Assembly (NCBI GenBank): GCA_050945795.1
Contig: JBMNTP010000003.1
Location: 9,231 to 73,230, forward strand
Direction: 5' to 3'
Length of the DNA stretch: 64,000 nt
DNA from: Christensenellales bacterium
Lineage (GTDB): Bacteria; Bacillota; Clostridia; Christensenellales; MGBC116941
Under the pieces are notes generated by a model. The model was not told the origin of the DNA. It ran no database searches and saw nothing but the letters and a program-made list of their open reading frames with translations. Each line of letters begins with the position of its first letter. The stretch's first letter is position 1. Of this stretch, positions 31,515-41,314 are shown piece after piece. Made by a program: the position numbers and the translations under genes.

Positions 31515-32056
31515 ATATAGCCAACAAACTCACCATGCTAAGAATATTTCTAACGCCGGTTTTTGTAATTATATGCTATCTTGATAGCACGAGGACGGGA
31601 TATATAGCTGCGGCTGTGTTCGCTGTGGCGTCAATAACCGATGCGTTTGACGGATATATAGCAAGGAAACTCAAACAAGTAACAAATTTTGGCAAGCTGC
31701 TTGACGCTATGGCGGATAAAATACTCGTATGTAGCGCCATACTGATTTTAGTTGAATGGGGCCGGTGTGAGGCGTGGCTGGCTATAATTATAATTGGCCG
31801 CGAGTTTGTAATAAGTGCGCTGCGCTCTATCGCGGCGGCGCAGGGCAATGTTATCGCTGCCGGCATGGCGGGCAAAGTAAAAACGGTAATCCAAACAATA
31901 GCGGTGATTTTGCTGTTGGTTAATAATGCGTTTTTTGCCGATCTTGGCATACCGCTCGGAGAGGCGCTGCTTTATATATCCGCCGCTATATCAGTATATT
32001 CGGCGGCAGGGTATTTAATAAAAAATATAGCTGTAATAAAAAACTCTAACGATTGA
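31511..32056 (+). CDS. pgsA: CDP-diacylglycerol--glycerol-3-phosphate 3-phosphatidyltransferase
   Basis: CDP-alcohol phosphotransferase motif DAFDGYIARK...G..LDAMADK. Membrane protein of 181 aa. Confidence 0.93.
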   Translation: MNIANKLTMLRIFLTPVFVIICYLDSTRTGYIAAAVFAVASITDAFDGYIARKLKQVTNFGKLLDAMADKILVCSAILILVEWGRCEAWLAIIIIGREFVISALRSIAAAQGNVIAAGMAGKVKTVIQTIAVILLLVNNAFFADLGIPLGEALLYISAAISVYSAAGYLIKNIAVIKNSND

Positions 32057-32069
32057 CGGGAAAAAATGT

Positions 32070-33320
32070 ATGATTGCTGAAATTATTTCGATAGGAACAG
32101 AGCTTTTGATGGGCATGATTGCCAACACCGACGCGCAATACATCTCACAGAAGCTCGCCGAGCTGGGCGCGAGCATGTACTTTCAAACTACTGTCGGCGA
32201 CAATCCCGGACGGCTAAGGCAGGTGATAGAGCAGGCGTATTCGCGCGCCGATGTTATAATAACTACCGGCGGCCTAGGGCCTACACAGGACGACCTTACA
32301 AAAGAGACGGTAGCCGAATTTTTCGGCCTGCCTATGGTGGAGGACGCGAAATCAAGAGCGAAGATTGAAAGCTTTTTCACGTCCATGAACAGGGTTATGA
32401 CGGAAAACAACCTAAAGCAGGCATTTTTTCCTAAAGGCTCTATAATCCTTCCCAACATGAACGGTACGGCGCCCGGCTGCATTGTTGAGAAAGACGGCAA
32501 ATGCGTTATAATACTGCCCGGCCCGCCATCGGAGCTTAAAAGCATGTTTGAAAACAGCGTATGGCCTTATCTTATGAAAAAGGTAGACGCTGCGCTGTAT
32601 TCATTCCCCATAAAGATTTTCGGCATGGGGGAGAGCATGGTAGAGGACAGGCTCATAGAACTTATAAACGCGCAGGACAATCCCACATTAGCTACATACG
32701 CTTCTATGGGTGATGTTACTGTACGGGTTACGGCAAAGGCTAAGGATGAGGACGCGGCTCGAGAGCTTGCCCGACCGGTGGCGCTAAAAGTGGCGGACAT
32801 GCTTGGCCCCGACGTTTATTCTATAACCGGCGGCAGGCTGCACGAAAAGGTGGCTGAGCTGCTGATAAGCGGCAAAGTTACTATAGCAGTAGCAGAAAGC
32901 TGCACCGGCGGTATGGTATGCGATATGCTTACAGAGGTTCCCGGCATTTCGGCATCGCTGCTTGAAGGAGCGATTGTCTATTCAAATGCCGCTAAAATAA
33001 GAATGCTCGGCGTATCGCCGGATACGCTTGATAAATTCGGCGCCGTAAGCGCTGAAACAGCCAAAGAAATGGCTAAAGGCGTTATGAAAGCATCGGGAGC
33101 GATGATGGGGCTGGCGATAACAGGCATAGCAGGTCCGGGCGGCGGCACGCAGGATAAGCCGGTGGGGCTTGTATATGCGGCGCTGGCTACAAAAGGCGGC
33201 TGCGAAGTAAGGAAACTGGATTTGGGCGGCAACCGTGGCAGGATAAGGCAGCTGGCGGCGCTTAACGCGCTAAACATGGTTCGCCTTGAGCTTATATCAA
33301 ATAATAACAAGGAGCTTTAA
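32070..33320 (+). CDS. cinA: competence/damage-inducible protein CinA (MoCF-like plus NMN deamidase domains)
   Basis: N-terminal [15 protein letters not shown]...[13 protein letters not shown] and a C-terminal CinA domain (AVAESCTGG...GIAGPGGG). Confidence 0.93.
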   Translation: MIAEIISIGTELLMGMIANTDAQYISQKLAELGASMYFQTTVGDNPGRLRQVIEQAYSRADVIITTGGLGPTQDDLTKETVAEFFGLPMVEDAKSRAKIESFFTSMNRVMTENNLKQAFFPKGSIILPNMNGTAPGCIVEKDGKCVIILPGPPSELKSMFENSVWPYLMKKVDAALYSFPIKIFGMGESMVEDRLIELINAQDNPTLATYASMGDVTVRVTAKAKDEDAARELARPVALKVADMLGPDVYSITGGRLHEKVAELLISGKVTIAVAESCTGGMVCDMLTEVPGISASLLEGAIVYSNAAKIRMLGVSPDTLDKFGAVSAETAKEMAKGVMKASGAMMGLAITGIAGPGGGTQDKPVGLVYAALATKGGCEVRKLDLGGNRGRIRQLAALNALNMVRLELISNNNKEL

Positions 33321-33321
33321 A

Positions 33322-34350
33322 ATGGTTGATGATAAAAAGAAAGCGCTGGAGGTTGCCCTCGGCACTATTGAAAAGCAGTTTGGAAAAGGCTCTATAATGA
33401 AGCTGGGCGACGCCGCAGCGAATTTATCGTTGTCCGTTATACCCACAGGATGCCTTGAGCTTGATTTTGCTCTCGGCATAGGCGGCGTGCCAAAGGGCAG
33501 GATAATAGAGATATTCGGGCCGGAATCGTCGGGTAAGACAACGGTGGCGCTGCACATAATAGCCGAGGCGCAGAAAATGGGAGGCACAGCCGCGTTTATA
33601 GACGCCGAGCATGCGCTTGATCCCGCATATGCCGGGAAGCTAGGAGTTGATATTGACAACCTTTATGTCAGCCAGCCTGATACCGGAGAACAGGCGCTTG
33701 AGATATGCGAGGCGCTGGTACGCAGCGGAGCTATAGATGTTGTTGTTATAGACAGCGTCGCGGCGCTAGTACCTAAGGCTGAAATAGAGGGCGAGATGGG
33801 TGACGCGCATGTAGGCTTGCAGGCAAGGCTTATGTCGCAGGCGCTTAGAAAGCTGGCCGGAGTGGTGTCAAAGTCGAATACGGTGGCTATATTCATAAAC
33901 CAGCTGCGCGAAAAAGTTGGGGTTATGTTTGGAAACCCCGAGGTAACAACGGGCGGTAAAGCGCTTAAGTTCTATGCCTCTGTAAGACTTGATGTCAGGC
34001 GCACCGACTGGATAAAAATAGGCAGTGAGCAGATAGGCAACCGCACGCGGGTCAGGGTTGTTAAGAATAAGGTAGCGCCGCCTTTTAGGCAGGCTGAATT
34101 CGATATACTTTACGGCGAGGGCATTTCAAGAGAGGGAACTGTGCTTGACATGGCGGCAACCCGCAACATAATCGCCAAATCCGGCTCATGGTATAATTAC
34201 GGCGATACGAGGATTGGTCAGGGTCGCGAAAATGCGAAGGCATTCCTTAGAAGCAACCCAGAGGTATTCGCCGAGATAGAGCAAAAAGTGAGGGATACTT
34301 TTGCTCCGGCGCCTAAAGAGGCTGAAAAAGCCGAGGATGAAAAAAAATAA
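33322..34350 (+). CDS. recA: recombinase RecA
   Basis: [23 protein letters not shown], Walker [10 protein letters not shown] and IVIDSVAAL motifs. ATG at 33322; the track start at 33286 overlaps cinA. Confidence 0.98.
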   Translation: MVDDKKKALEVALGTIEKQFGKGSIMKLGDAAANLSLSVIPTGCLELDFALGIGGVPKGRIIEIFGPESSGKTTVALHIIAEAQKMGGTAAFIDAEHALDPAYAGKLGVDIDNLYVSQPDTGEQALEICEALVRSGAIDVVVIDSVAALVPKAEIEGEMGDAHVGLQARLMSQALRKLAGVVSKSNTVAIFINQLREKVGVMFGNPEVTTGGKALKFYASVRLDVRRTDWIKIGSEQIGNRTRVRVVKNKVAPPFRQAEFDILYGEGISREGTVLDMAATRNIIAKSGSWYNYGDTRIGQGRENAKAFLRSNPEVFAEIEQKVRDTFAPAPKEAEKAEDEKK

Positions 34351-34378
34351 ATATGTTAAGTTAATTAGAGTATATTAT

Positions 34379-34430
34379 GAACAGGCATCCATAAAACATG
34401 AGTTTTTAGTGGATGCCTGTTCGTTGTTTT
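34379..34430 (+). terminator. intrinsic terminator after recA
   Basis: GAACAGGCATCCA ... TGGATGCCTGTTC 13-bp stem followed by GTTGTTTT. Confidence 0.8.
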
Positions 34431-34593
34431 AACCTAAACGGCAATTTGGTTGACAAACAGTGTTGAAACGAATAAAATTTAGTTAAATATTATAATATTA
34501 GTTTATTACTTTTTCGCTTGCCAGGCGGCAAAGTGATTGCCGGAGAAATTCCGAACTAACATTAGAAACACCGGAGGAGGTGCTTGATACATA

Positions 34594-36135
34594 GTGGAGT
34601 GGATTGTTCCCATATTGGTGGGCATCGCGTGTCTGATAGCGGGATCGTATATCGGATACCGTTACCGCAAATCCATCGCTGAGGCTAAAATAGGCCGGGC
34701 GGAGGAAATGGTAAAGAAGATGATCGAGGATGCCCAAAGGCGCGCCGAAGCGTTGAAAAAAGAAACGATTTTGGAGGCCAAGGAAGAAATCCACAAGTTG
34801 CGTAATGAATTTGAAAAAGAGTCCCGTGAGAGACGAAATGAAAGCCAGAGAGTTGAAAGAAGACTGATACAAAGGGAAGAAGCGCTGGACAAGAAAATGG
34901 ACAGCCTTGAAAGCCGGGAAGAAAACCTTAATAAGAAGCAAAAAGAGGTGCAAAAGGCACAGGATGCTGCCGAGGAGCTGTATAAAAAACAGCTCGCCGA
35001 GCTTGAACGTATCTCCGGCCTTACTACAGATGAGGCTAAGGATATACTAATCCAGAACGTGGAACAGGAGGCGCGCCATGACGCGGCTTTGCTTGTAAGA
35101 GAAATCGAAAGCAAGGCCAAGGACGAGGCGGAAAAGAAAGCCCGAAACATTATAGGGCTTGCTATACAAAAATGCGCCGCAGACCATGTTGCCGAAACAA
35201 CGGTTTCCGTTGTTCCTTTGCCTAATGACGAAATGAAGGGCAGGATAATAGGCCGCGAGGGCCGCAATATCCGCACCCTTGAAACGGCGACAGGCATAGA
35301 CCTTATCATCGATGATACTCCGGAAGCGGTTATACTCTCCGGATTTGATCCGGTGAGAAGGGAAGTCGCCAGGATAGCGCTTGAAAAACTTATACTGGAT
35401 GGCCGTATACATCCCGCGCGAATAGAGGAGATGGTTGAAAAGGCCCGAAAGGAAGTTGAACAGCAAATTCGCGAAGCCGGAGAGCAGGCGTTGTTTGAAA
35501 CGGGCATGCACGGCATACATCATGAGTTGGTTAAGCTGCTGGGCAGACTTAAATTTCGCACGAGCTATGGTCAAAACGTGCTTAACCATTCGCTTGAAGT
35601 TTCGCATCTTGCGGGGCTGATGGCGGCGGAGCTAGGAGCCGATATCGCACTCGCAAAGAGAGCGGGTCTGCTTCACGATATAGGTAAAGCCGTTGACCAT
35701 GAGGTCGAAGGCCCGCATATACAGATTGGCGGAGATCTTGCCAAGAAGTATCGCGAAAATGCCGAAGTTGTGCATGCTATAATGGCGCATCACGGCGATA
35801 TCGAAGCCCGTACCGTTGAAGCTGTTTTGGTTCAGGCGGCCGACGCTATTTCTGCGGCTCGTCCCGGGGCGCGCAGAGAAATACTCGAAAACTACATAAA
35901 AAGACTCTCAAAACTTGAAGAAATCGCAGATTCATTCGCAGGTGTGGAAAAGTCTTTTGCAATACAGGCAGGCAGAGAGATTAGAATAATCGTTAAGCCT
36001 GAGGACGTGAATGATGTTGGCGCATCGCTTATGGCCAAGGATATTGTTAAAAAGATTGAAAAAGAGCTTGATTATCCCGGACAGATAAAAGTAAATGTCA
36101 TAAGGGAAACGCGAGCCACAGAATACGCAAAATAA
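34594..36135 (+). CDS. rny: ribonuclease Y
   Basis: N-terminal TM helix, K/E-rich coiled coil, KH domain ([12 protein letters not shown]) and HD domain ([10 protein letters not shown]...LLHDIGKA). GTG start. Confidence 0.96.
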   Translation: MEWIVPILVGIACLIAGSYIGYRYRKSIAEAKIGRAEEMVKKMIEDAQRRAEALKKETILEAKEEIHKLRNEFEKESRERRNESQRVERRLIQREEALDKKMDSLESREENLNKKQKEVQKAQDAAEELYKKQLAELERISGLTTDEAKDILIQNVEQEARHDAALLVREIESKAKDEAEKKARNIIGLAIQKCAADHVAETTVSVVPLPNDEMKGRIIGREGRNIRTLETATGIDLIIDDTPEAVILSGFDPVRREVARIALEKLILDGRIHPARIEEMVEKARKEVEQQIREAGEQALFETGMHGIHHELVKLLGRLKFRTSYGQNVLNHSLEVSHLAGLMAAELGADIALAKRAGLLHDIGKAVDHEVEGPHIQIGGDLAKKYRENAEVVHAIMAHHGDIEARTVEAVLVQAADAISAARPGARREILENYIKRLSKLEEIADSFAGVEKSFAIQAGREIRIIVKPEDVNDVGASLMAKDIVKKIEKELDYPGQIKVNVIRETRATEYAK

Positions 36136-36161
36136 CCCTTTTTAAATACAAGGGTGCAATT

Positions 36162-36199
36162 AAAAGCCATGGACGCCGAAAGGCGTCCATGGCTTTTTT
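36162..36199 (+). terminator. intrinsic terminator after rny
   Basis: AGCCATGGACGCC-gaaa-GGCGTCCATGGCT 13-bp stem followed by TTTTT. Confidence 0.9.
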
Positions 36200-36393
36200 C
36201 GCGAAGATACCTCTAAAGCAACAATTGAAGGCAAAATCATTGCTTTTGCATACCCCTATGATATAATTAATACTGTACTTAAAAATAGATAGCGTCGATT
36301 TGCGGCATTTCAAAACAGTCCGGTCGGCGCTTAATACCGACTGCGTATATCTATATATCAATCTTATTTTAATATTACAAAGGAGCATACTAA

Positions 36394-37398
36394 ATGAAAG
36401 CAATTCTTTATCAAGGCCCGAACACTATAGCTGTAAAAGACATTGACATGCCTACGCCGCCTGAAGGCTGGGGCTTAATAAAAGTATCGCATGCCGGTAT
36501 ATGCGGCACCGACCTTAATATTTATGCGGGCACGCACCCAAGGGCGAAAGCGCCGTTGGCCATGGGGCATGAGTTTTCCGGCTACATGGCCGAGGACGCA
36601 CCCGGTCTTAAAAAGGGTACAAGGGTGGCGGTGTTTCCGTTGCTGTCGTGCGGGGAGTGCACGCCGTGCCTAAGTGGCAACACTCATGTATGTAACACTT
36701 TAGAATTGCTCGGCATTGACTGTGACGGAGGAATGGCAGAGTATGCCATCGCGCCTCTTGATAAGATTGTAAAGCTACCCGACGCCGTTTCCGATAAGAT
36801 GGGCGCTTTTGTTGAGCCGGTGGCCGTAGCTGTGCATACGCTGCGCGAAACAGGCTTTATACCCGGCGACAACGCTCTGGTATTTGGCTGCGGCACAATA
36901 GGTCTCGCTGTAGCGGTAACGCTTAGGAAATACGGCGCCATAAGCGTTACTATGGTTGAAAGCGATCCGGCAAGGGCTGCTATCGGCAGGGATATGGGCT
37001 TTGAGGTGTTTGACCCGACTAATACGGACATACCTAAGATGGCGGCGGAAAAGACAAACGGCGACGGCTTTGATTGGGTGTTTGACTGCGCCGGAGTGCA
37101 GGCGGTAGCGTCAACGCTGCTTGACGTAGTTAAGGTGCGCGGCAATATAGTTATTGTGGCGGGATATAAAAAGCCGGCAGAACTGCCGCTTCTTTACGGC
37201 ATGTTTAAAGAGGTAACCATAAAATTTGTGCGGGTATACCGTCTTAAAGATTTTGAGATAGCGGCTAAAATAACGGCAGAGGAGCCGGACTATGAGAAAA
37301 TCGTTACTCATGTGCTGCCGGCGGATGAAGCGCAAAAAGGATTCGACCTTATAACGACAAAGGGCAGCGGGGCTGTAAAAGTAATGTTTAACTTTTAA
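36394..37398 (+). CDS. zinc-dependent alcohol/polyol dehydrogenase (MDR family, sorbitol/threonine dehydrogenase-like)
   Basis: Catalytic-Zn motif GICGTDL...GHEFSG, structural-Zn cysteines CGECTPCLSGNTHVC and Rossmann motif VFGCGTIG. Substrate cannot be inferred. Confidence 0.8.
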   Translation: MKAILYQGPNTIAVKDIDMPTPPEGWGLIKVSHAGICGTDLNIYAGTHPRAKAPLAMGHEFSGYMAEDAPGLKKGTRVAVFPLLSCGECTPCLSGNTHVCNTLELLGIDCDGGMAEYAIAPLDKIVKLPDAVSDKMGAFVEPVAVAVHTLRETGFIPGDNALVFGCGTIGLAVAVTLRKYGAISVTMVESDPARAAIGRDMGFEVFDPTNTDIPKMAAEKTNGDGFDWVFDCAGVQAVASTLLDVVKVRGNIVIVAGYKKPAELPLLYGMFKEVTIKFVRVYRLKDFEIAAKITAEEPDYEKIVTHVLPADEAQKGFDLITTKGSGAVKVMFNF

Positions 37399-37410
37399 GG
37401 AGTGCGAATT

Positions 37411-38172
37411 ATGAAATATTTTGATTTGTCGGGTAAAACAGCTATTATAACGGGCGGCAACAGGGGACTGGGCCGCGGCATGACAGAGGCGCTGCTTGAG
37501 GCAGGCGTTTCAAAGATTGCTATTATCGCATCGAGCGACAGCGTTATGGATACTGCCGCCGAGCTTAGAGATCAGGGCTATGAGGCTTACGGCGTAAAGG
37601 CCAGTCTGCTGGAGCGCGAAAACATAGAACCGGCGTTTAACGAGGCGTTAAGCGCACTTGGAGGGCGTGTAGATATACTTGTAAACAACGCCGGAGTGCA
37701 GCGCCGTAACAAATGCGAGGATTTCACGCTTGAAGACTGGGATGATGTTATAAACGTAAACCTAAACGCTGTATTTATAATGTGTCAGCTTGCCGGCAGA
37801 AAAATGCTTGAACAGGGCGGCGGTAAGATAATAAATCTGGCGTCTATGCTTATATACTTTGGCGGCATAACCGTGCCGGCTTATGCCGCAAGCAAGGGCG
37901 GCGTCGCGCAGCTTACAAAAGCGCTTGCTAACGAATGGGGCAGGAAGGGCATAAATGTAAACGCTATTGCGCCGGGATATATGGATACAGAGATGAACAT
38001 CAATCTGATAAACAACGAGGCGAGAAATACGCAAATTCTAGCGCGCATACCGATAGGGCGGTGGGGAACGCCGGAGGATATGAAAGGCGCGGTTATTTTC
38101 CTCGCGTCAAAGGCTTCGGATTACCTTAGCGGTACCGTTATAGACGTTGACGGCGGATATCATGTGTGCTAA
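37411..38172 (+). CDS. SDR family oxidoreductase (KduD / gluconate 5-dehydrogenase-like)
   Basis: TGGNRGLGRG cofactor motif, NNAG, and catalytic YAASKGG. ATG at 37411 is 9 nt after AAGGAG. Confidence 0.8.
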   Translation: MKYFDLSGKTAIITGGNRGLGRGMTEALLEAGVSKIAIIASSDSVMDTAAELRDQGYEAYGVKASLLERENIEPAFNEALSALGGRVDILVNNAGVQRRNKCEDFTLEDWDDVINVNLNAVFIMCQLAGRKMLEQGGGKIINLASMLIYFGGITVPAYAASKGGVAQLTKALANEWGRKGINVNAIAPGYMDTEMNINLINNEARNTQILARIPIGRWGTPEDMKGAVIFLASKASDYLSGTVIDVDGGYHVC

Positions 38173-38202
38173 ATAGTTGATTTTAACAAAACAATACTAA
38201 AG

Positions 38203-38237
38203 CGGCGACCGAAGATCTAGCTCGGTTGCCGTTTTTT
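38203..38237 (+). terminator. intrinsic terminator after the dehydrogenase pair
   Basis: CGGCGACCGA ... TCGGTTGCCG 10-bp stem followed by TTTTTT. Confidence 0.8.
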
Positions 38238-38342
38238 ATGCCATGCGCCTTACATAAACGCGAGTCGCTGTTTAATATTTCGTGTTATTATAGTATGATA
38301 ATATATGGTTTTAAATAAAAACAAGCTATTCGGGAGGGAAAT

Positions 38343-39776
38343 ATGAGTACCGATATATATCAAAATCCGTTATGCCAAAGATACGCGTCAAAGCAGATGC
38401 AACATCTGTTTTCCGATGATAAAAAATTCAAAACATGGCGCAGGCTATGGATTGCGCTGGCCGAGGCTGAAAGCGAGCTGGGTTTACCTGTATCGCAACA
38501 GCAAATCGATGAGCTTAAGGCATTTGCCGACGATATAAACTATGATGTCGCCAAAGCGAGGGAGCGCGAGGTAAGGCATGACGTTATGGCGCATATATAT
38601 GCTTACGGCGTGCAATGTCCATTGGCAAAGCCTATAATACACCTTGGCGCGACAAGCTGCTATGTAGGCGACAATACCGACATAATAGTAATGCGCGAGG
38701 GGCTTAATATGCTTAAAGCAAGGCTGTTAAGCTGCATGGATGCGCTGTCAAAGTTTGCGTTACAATATAAGGACATGCCGACGCTAGGATTTACGCATCT
38801 TCAGCCGGCGCAGCTAACCACCGTTGGCAAGCGCGCGGCGCTATGGCTGCAAGACCTTATGATGGACTACTATGAACTTGAAAGTCGCATATCCGCCATG
38901 ATGCTTAGAGGCGTTAAAGGTACAACCGGAACGCAGGCCAGTTTCCTGACGCTTTTTGAAGGCGACCATGAAAAGGTAAAGCGGCTAGAGCAACTGGTAG
39001 CGGACAAGCTGGACTTTAAGGCGTGTTATGATGTGACGGGGCAGACTTATCCTAGAAAGCTTGATTATCAGATACTAAGTACGCTATCCGGCATTGCCCA
39101 AAGTGCGTCTAAGTTTTCAAACGATATGCGTATACTCGCTTCGCTTAAAGAACTTGAGGAGCCGTTTGAGTCGGGGCAGGTAGGGTCGTCGGCTATGGCG
39201 TATAAGCGCAATCCTATGAGGAGCGAGCGCATAACATCTTTATCGCGGTTTGTAATGTCGCTGCCTATGAATCCGGCTGTGACAGCGGCGACGCAATGGT
39301 TTGAGCGTACGCTTGACGATTCTGCCAACAAACGCATAAGCATAGCACAGGCGTTTCTGGCGACGGACGCGGTATTGATACTATACCAGAATATTGTTGA
39401 GGGTCTGGTTGTCTATCCTAAGGTAATAAGAAAGCGCATAAACGACGAACTGCCGTTTATGGCCACAGAAACCATACTTATGGAGGCGGTGCGCCGCGGC
39501 GGCGACAGACAGGAGCTGCATGAAAGTATAAGAACGCATTCTATGGAGGCGGGCAGGTTGGTAAAGCAGGAGGGACGCGAGAATATACTAATAGAGCTTA
39601 TAACCGCCGATCCGGAGTTTAAGCTTACAAAGGCCGAGATAGACGCTATGCTAAGCCCCGAGAATTTTACTGGCAGGGCAGCACAGCAGGTGGAGGAATT
39701 TATAGCCGATAAGATATCGCCTATTATAGACGCAAAAAGGCATTTGCTAGGTCAGGACAGCAGCGTTGAAGTGTGA
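38343..39776 (+). CDS. purB: adenylosuccinate lyase
   Basis: 477 aa. Fumarate-lyase signature GSSAMAYKRNPMRSE and N-terminal YQNPLCQRYASKQM. Confidence 0.95.
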   Translation: MSTDIYQNPLCQRYASKQMQHLFSDDKKFKTWRRLWIALAEAESELGLPVSQQQIDELKAFADDINYDVAKAREREVRHDVMAHIYAYGVQCPLAKPIIHLGATSCYVGDNTDIIVMREGLNMLKARLLSCMDALSKFALQYKDMPTLGFTHLQPAQLTTVGKRAALWLQDLMMDYYELESRISAMMLRGVKGTTGTQASFLTLFEGDHEKVKRLEQLVADKLDFKACYDVTGQTYPRKLDYQILSTLSGIAQSASKFSNDMRILASLKELEEPFESGQVGSSAMAYKRNPMRSERITSLSRFVMSLPMNPAVTAATQWFERTLDDSANKRISIAQAFLATDAVLILYQNIVEGLVVYPKVIRKRINDELPFMATETILMEAVRRGGDRQELHESIRTHSMEAGRLVKQEGRENILIELITADPEFKLTKAEIDAMLSPENFTGRAAQQVEEFIADKISPIIDAKRHLLGQDSSVEV

Positions 39777-39802
39777 TTAATTAAAGTGTAATTTGAGATA
39801 GG

Positions 39803-39830
39803 AAAAGCGCCGAGTATTCGGCGCTTTTTG
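39803..39830 (+). terminator. intrinsic terminator after purB
   Basis: GCGCCGA-gtat-TCGGCGC stem followed by TTTTT. Confidence 0.85.
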
Positions 39831-40023
39831 CTGTTTGCTGGTGAGAGGGTGGTGGAGAGGGATTACGTTTTAGGCGGAGCCTTTGCAAAACATTCGTAAA
39901 AATTAAAGAACTTTATTGCAACCCGTATTATAAAAAAACTCGGTTGCATATCCGACTGGGTTTTAATAAGAGTTATTTTATCCGCCATAATACTTTGACT
40001 GTTTACATGATGCTATTTTCGAG

Positions 40024-40061
40024 CAAAAAAATATCGCAGGCCATAAAATGACTTGCGATAT
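40024..40061 (-). terminator. intrinsic terminator downstream of tRNA-Trp
   Basis: On the minus strand: ATATCGCAAG ... CCTGCGATAT stem (one mismatch) followed by TTTTTTT. Confidence 0.65.
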
Positions 40062-40081
40062 CGTGTGCAGCATCATGCTGC

Positions 40082-40156
40082 TGGCAGGGGTAGAAGGACT
40101 CGAACCCTCAAGAACGGTTTTGGAGACCGCTATGTTGCCAATTACATCATACCCCT
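40082..40156 (-). tRNA. trnW: tRNA-Trp (anticodon CCA)
   Basis: Minus-strand sequence AGGGGTATGATGTAATTGGCAACATAGCGGTCTCCAAAACCGTTCTTGAGGGTTCGAGTCCTTCTACCCCTGCCA. It has a 7-bp acceptor stem, anticodon loop CT-CCA-AA, a GGTTCGAGTCC T-arm and an encoded 3' CCA. Confidence 0.9.
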
Positions 40157-40202
40157 ATATATTGTTTTTTTCCGCGTACCATCTTTCCAACGCAACGTTA
40201 GG

Positions 40203-40231
40203 ATTATATCAAAATAAAAATGGGGTGTCAA
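40203..40231 (-). promoter_or_regulatory. consensus sigma-A promoter of tRNA-Trp
   Basis: On the minus strand: TTGACA (40231-40226), 17-nt spacer, TATAAT (40208-40203), about 45 nt upstream of the tRNA 5' end. Confidence 0.65.
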
Positions 40232-40307
40232 TAATATTGGAACGGCAACAATAAGTAAGGGGTAAATTTAAGCCGTTTAAAAGAGGTGGGAAATATTTAA
40301 ATAATGC

Positions 40308-40336
40308 TTTACAATTCAGCCAATAGATTTTATAAT
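40308..40336 (+). promoter_or_regulatory. sigma-A promoter of the ctsR-mcsA-mcsB-clpC operon
   Basis: TTTACA (40308-40313), 17-nt spacer, TATAAT (40331-40336). Confidence 0.65.
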
Positions 40337-40345
40337 ATAGTTAAA

Positions 40346-40362
40346 GGTCAAAGTAAGTCAAA
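40346..40362 (+). promoter_or_regulatory. CtsR operator (heptad direct repeat)
   Basis: GGTCAAA-GTA-AGTCAAA matches the published CtsR box (A/G)GTCAAA-NAN-(A/G)GTCAAA exactly. It lies 10 nt downstream of the -10 and 14 nt upstream of the ctsR ATG. Confidence 0.85.
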
Positions 40363-40375
40363 GTTTGGGATTGAT

Positions 40376-40852
40376 ATGGCAAAATTAAGTGATATTATAG
40401 AAAAGTTCATAAAATCCATGCTTGCTGACGAAGAGGCAATCGAGCTTCAGAGAAACGATATGGCGCAGTATTTTGGATGCGCGCCGTCTCAGATAAACTA
40501 TGTGCTTACCACAAGGTTTTCTCTTGAGCGGGGATATGTTATCGAAAGCAGGAAGGGCAGCGGCGGCTATATAAGGATAATAAGGCTGAATCCCGATGCC
40601 GATGATTATATGTCCTGCCTTCTTTCAGGAGGGTTGCCGGCGGATATGAGCTGGCATAAGGCTAAGAATATAATCGAGGGATTGTTGACTAATGAGGTTA
40701 TTGAAGAAGAAACCTCGCATATAATGATGGCGGCGGTTTCAGACAAGGCGCTGTCCGGCATACAGGGCAAAGATACTGTGCGGGCGGGCATAATAAGAGA
40801 AATGCTGCTTGCGCTTATAGGCAAAGGGGGAAAAGAAAATGAAATGCAATGA
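40376..40852 (+). CDS. ctsR: class III stress-gene repressor CtsR
   Basis: SDIIEKFIKSML...QYFGCAPSQINYVLTTRFSLERGYVIESRKGSGGYIRIIRL closely resembles B. subtilis CtsR. ATG at 40376; the track start at 40304 would include the promoter and operator. Confidence 0.93.
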   Translation: MAKLSDIIEKFIKSMLADEEAIELQRNDMAQYFGCAPSQINYVLTTRFSLERGYVIESRKGSGGYIRIIRLNPDADDYMSCLLSGGLPADMSWHKAKNIIEGLLTNEVIEEETSHIMMAAVSDKALSGIQGKDTVRAGIIREMLLALIGKGGKENEMQ

Positions 40853-41312
40853 ATGTGGATGCGGCGACGCTTCTATACATATGACGACCATTATAAACGG
40901 CGTTAAGCATGAGAAACATTTATGTCATGAATGCGCGGCCAAAATTAAGCTGGCCCAGCCGTTCTCTATGGGAGAACTCTTTACCGGACTTATGGGCATG
41001 GCGCCGGTGTCCGGCTCTCCGCTTTGCCCCGGCTGTGGCATGAGCCTGCAAAAGTTTAGAAAAACCGGAAGGCTGGGGTGCGAACAATGCTTTAGCTCTA
41101 TGTCCGGCTCACTTATGCCTGTTATAGAGAGCATACACGGCAAAGCGACACATGCCGGTAAAAGACCGAAGCGCTTGGACGGAAGCACCCGCAGAGAGGT
41201 TGAGCTTATGGATCTTCAAGCAAGGCTTGAGGAAGCTATAAAGAAAGAGGAATATGAGCAGGCGGCTCAATTGCGTGACGCGATTAAGGAATTTGAAAGA
41301 GAGGGGGAATAA
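40839..41312 (+). CDS. mcsA: McsA (CxxC zinc-finger / UVR-domain activator of McsB)
   Basis: Four CxxC pairs (CNECGC, CHEC, CPGC, CEQC) and a C-terminal UVR motif (LEEAIKKEEYEQAAQLRDAIKE). Confidence 0.88.
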   Translation: MKCNECGCGDASIHMTTIINGVKHEKHLCHECAAKIKLAQPFSMGELFTGLMGMAPVSGSPLCPGCGMSLQKFRKTGRLGCEQCFSSMSGSLMPVIESIHGKATHAGKRPKRLDGSTRREVELMDLQARLEEAIKKEEYEQAAQLRDAIKEFEREGE

Positions 41313-41314
41313 AA

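Noticed and set aside
34662-35516. 284-aa minus-strand ORF antisense to rny, plus a 186-aa ORF at 35047-35607
   Set aside because: It is the Ser/Ala/Leu-rich mirror image of the K/E-rich coiled coil of RNase Y. It has no start context and is fully nested in a conserved gene.
40048-40254. 68-aa + strand ORF between purB and ctsR
   Set aside because: It is occupied by tRNA-Trp with its promoter and terminator on the opposite strand. The peptide is the translation of the tRNA antisense.
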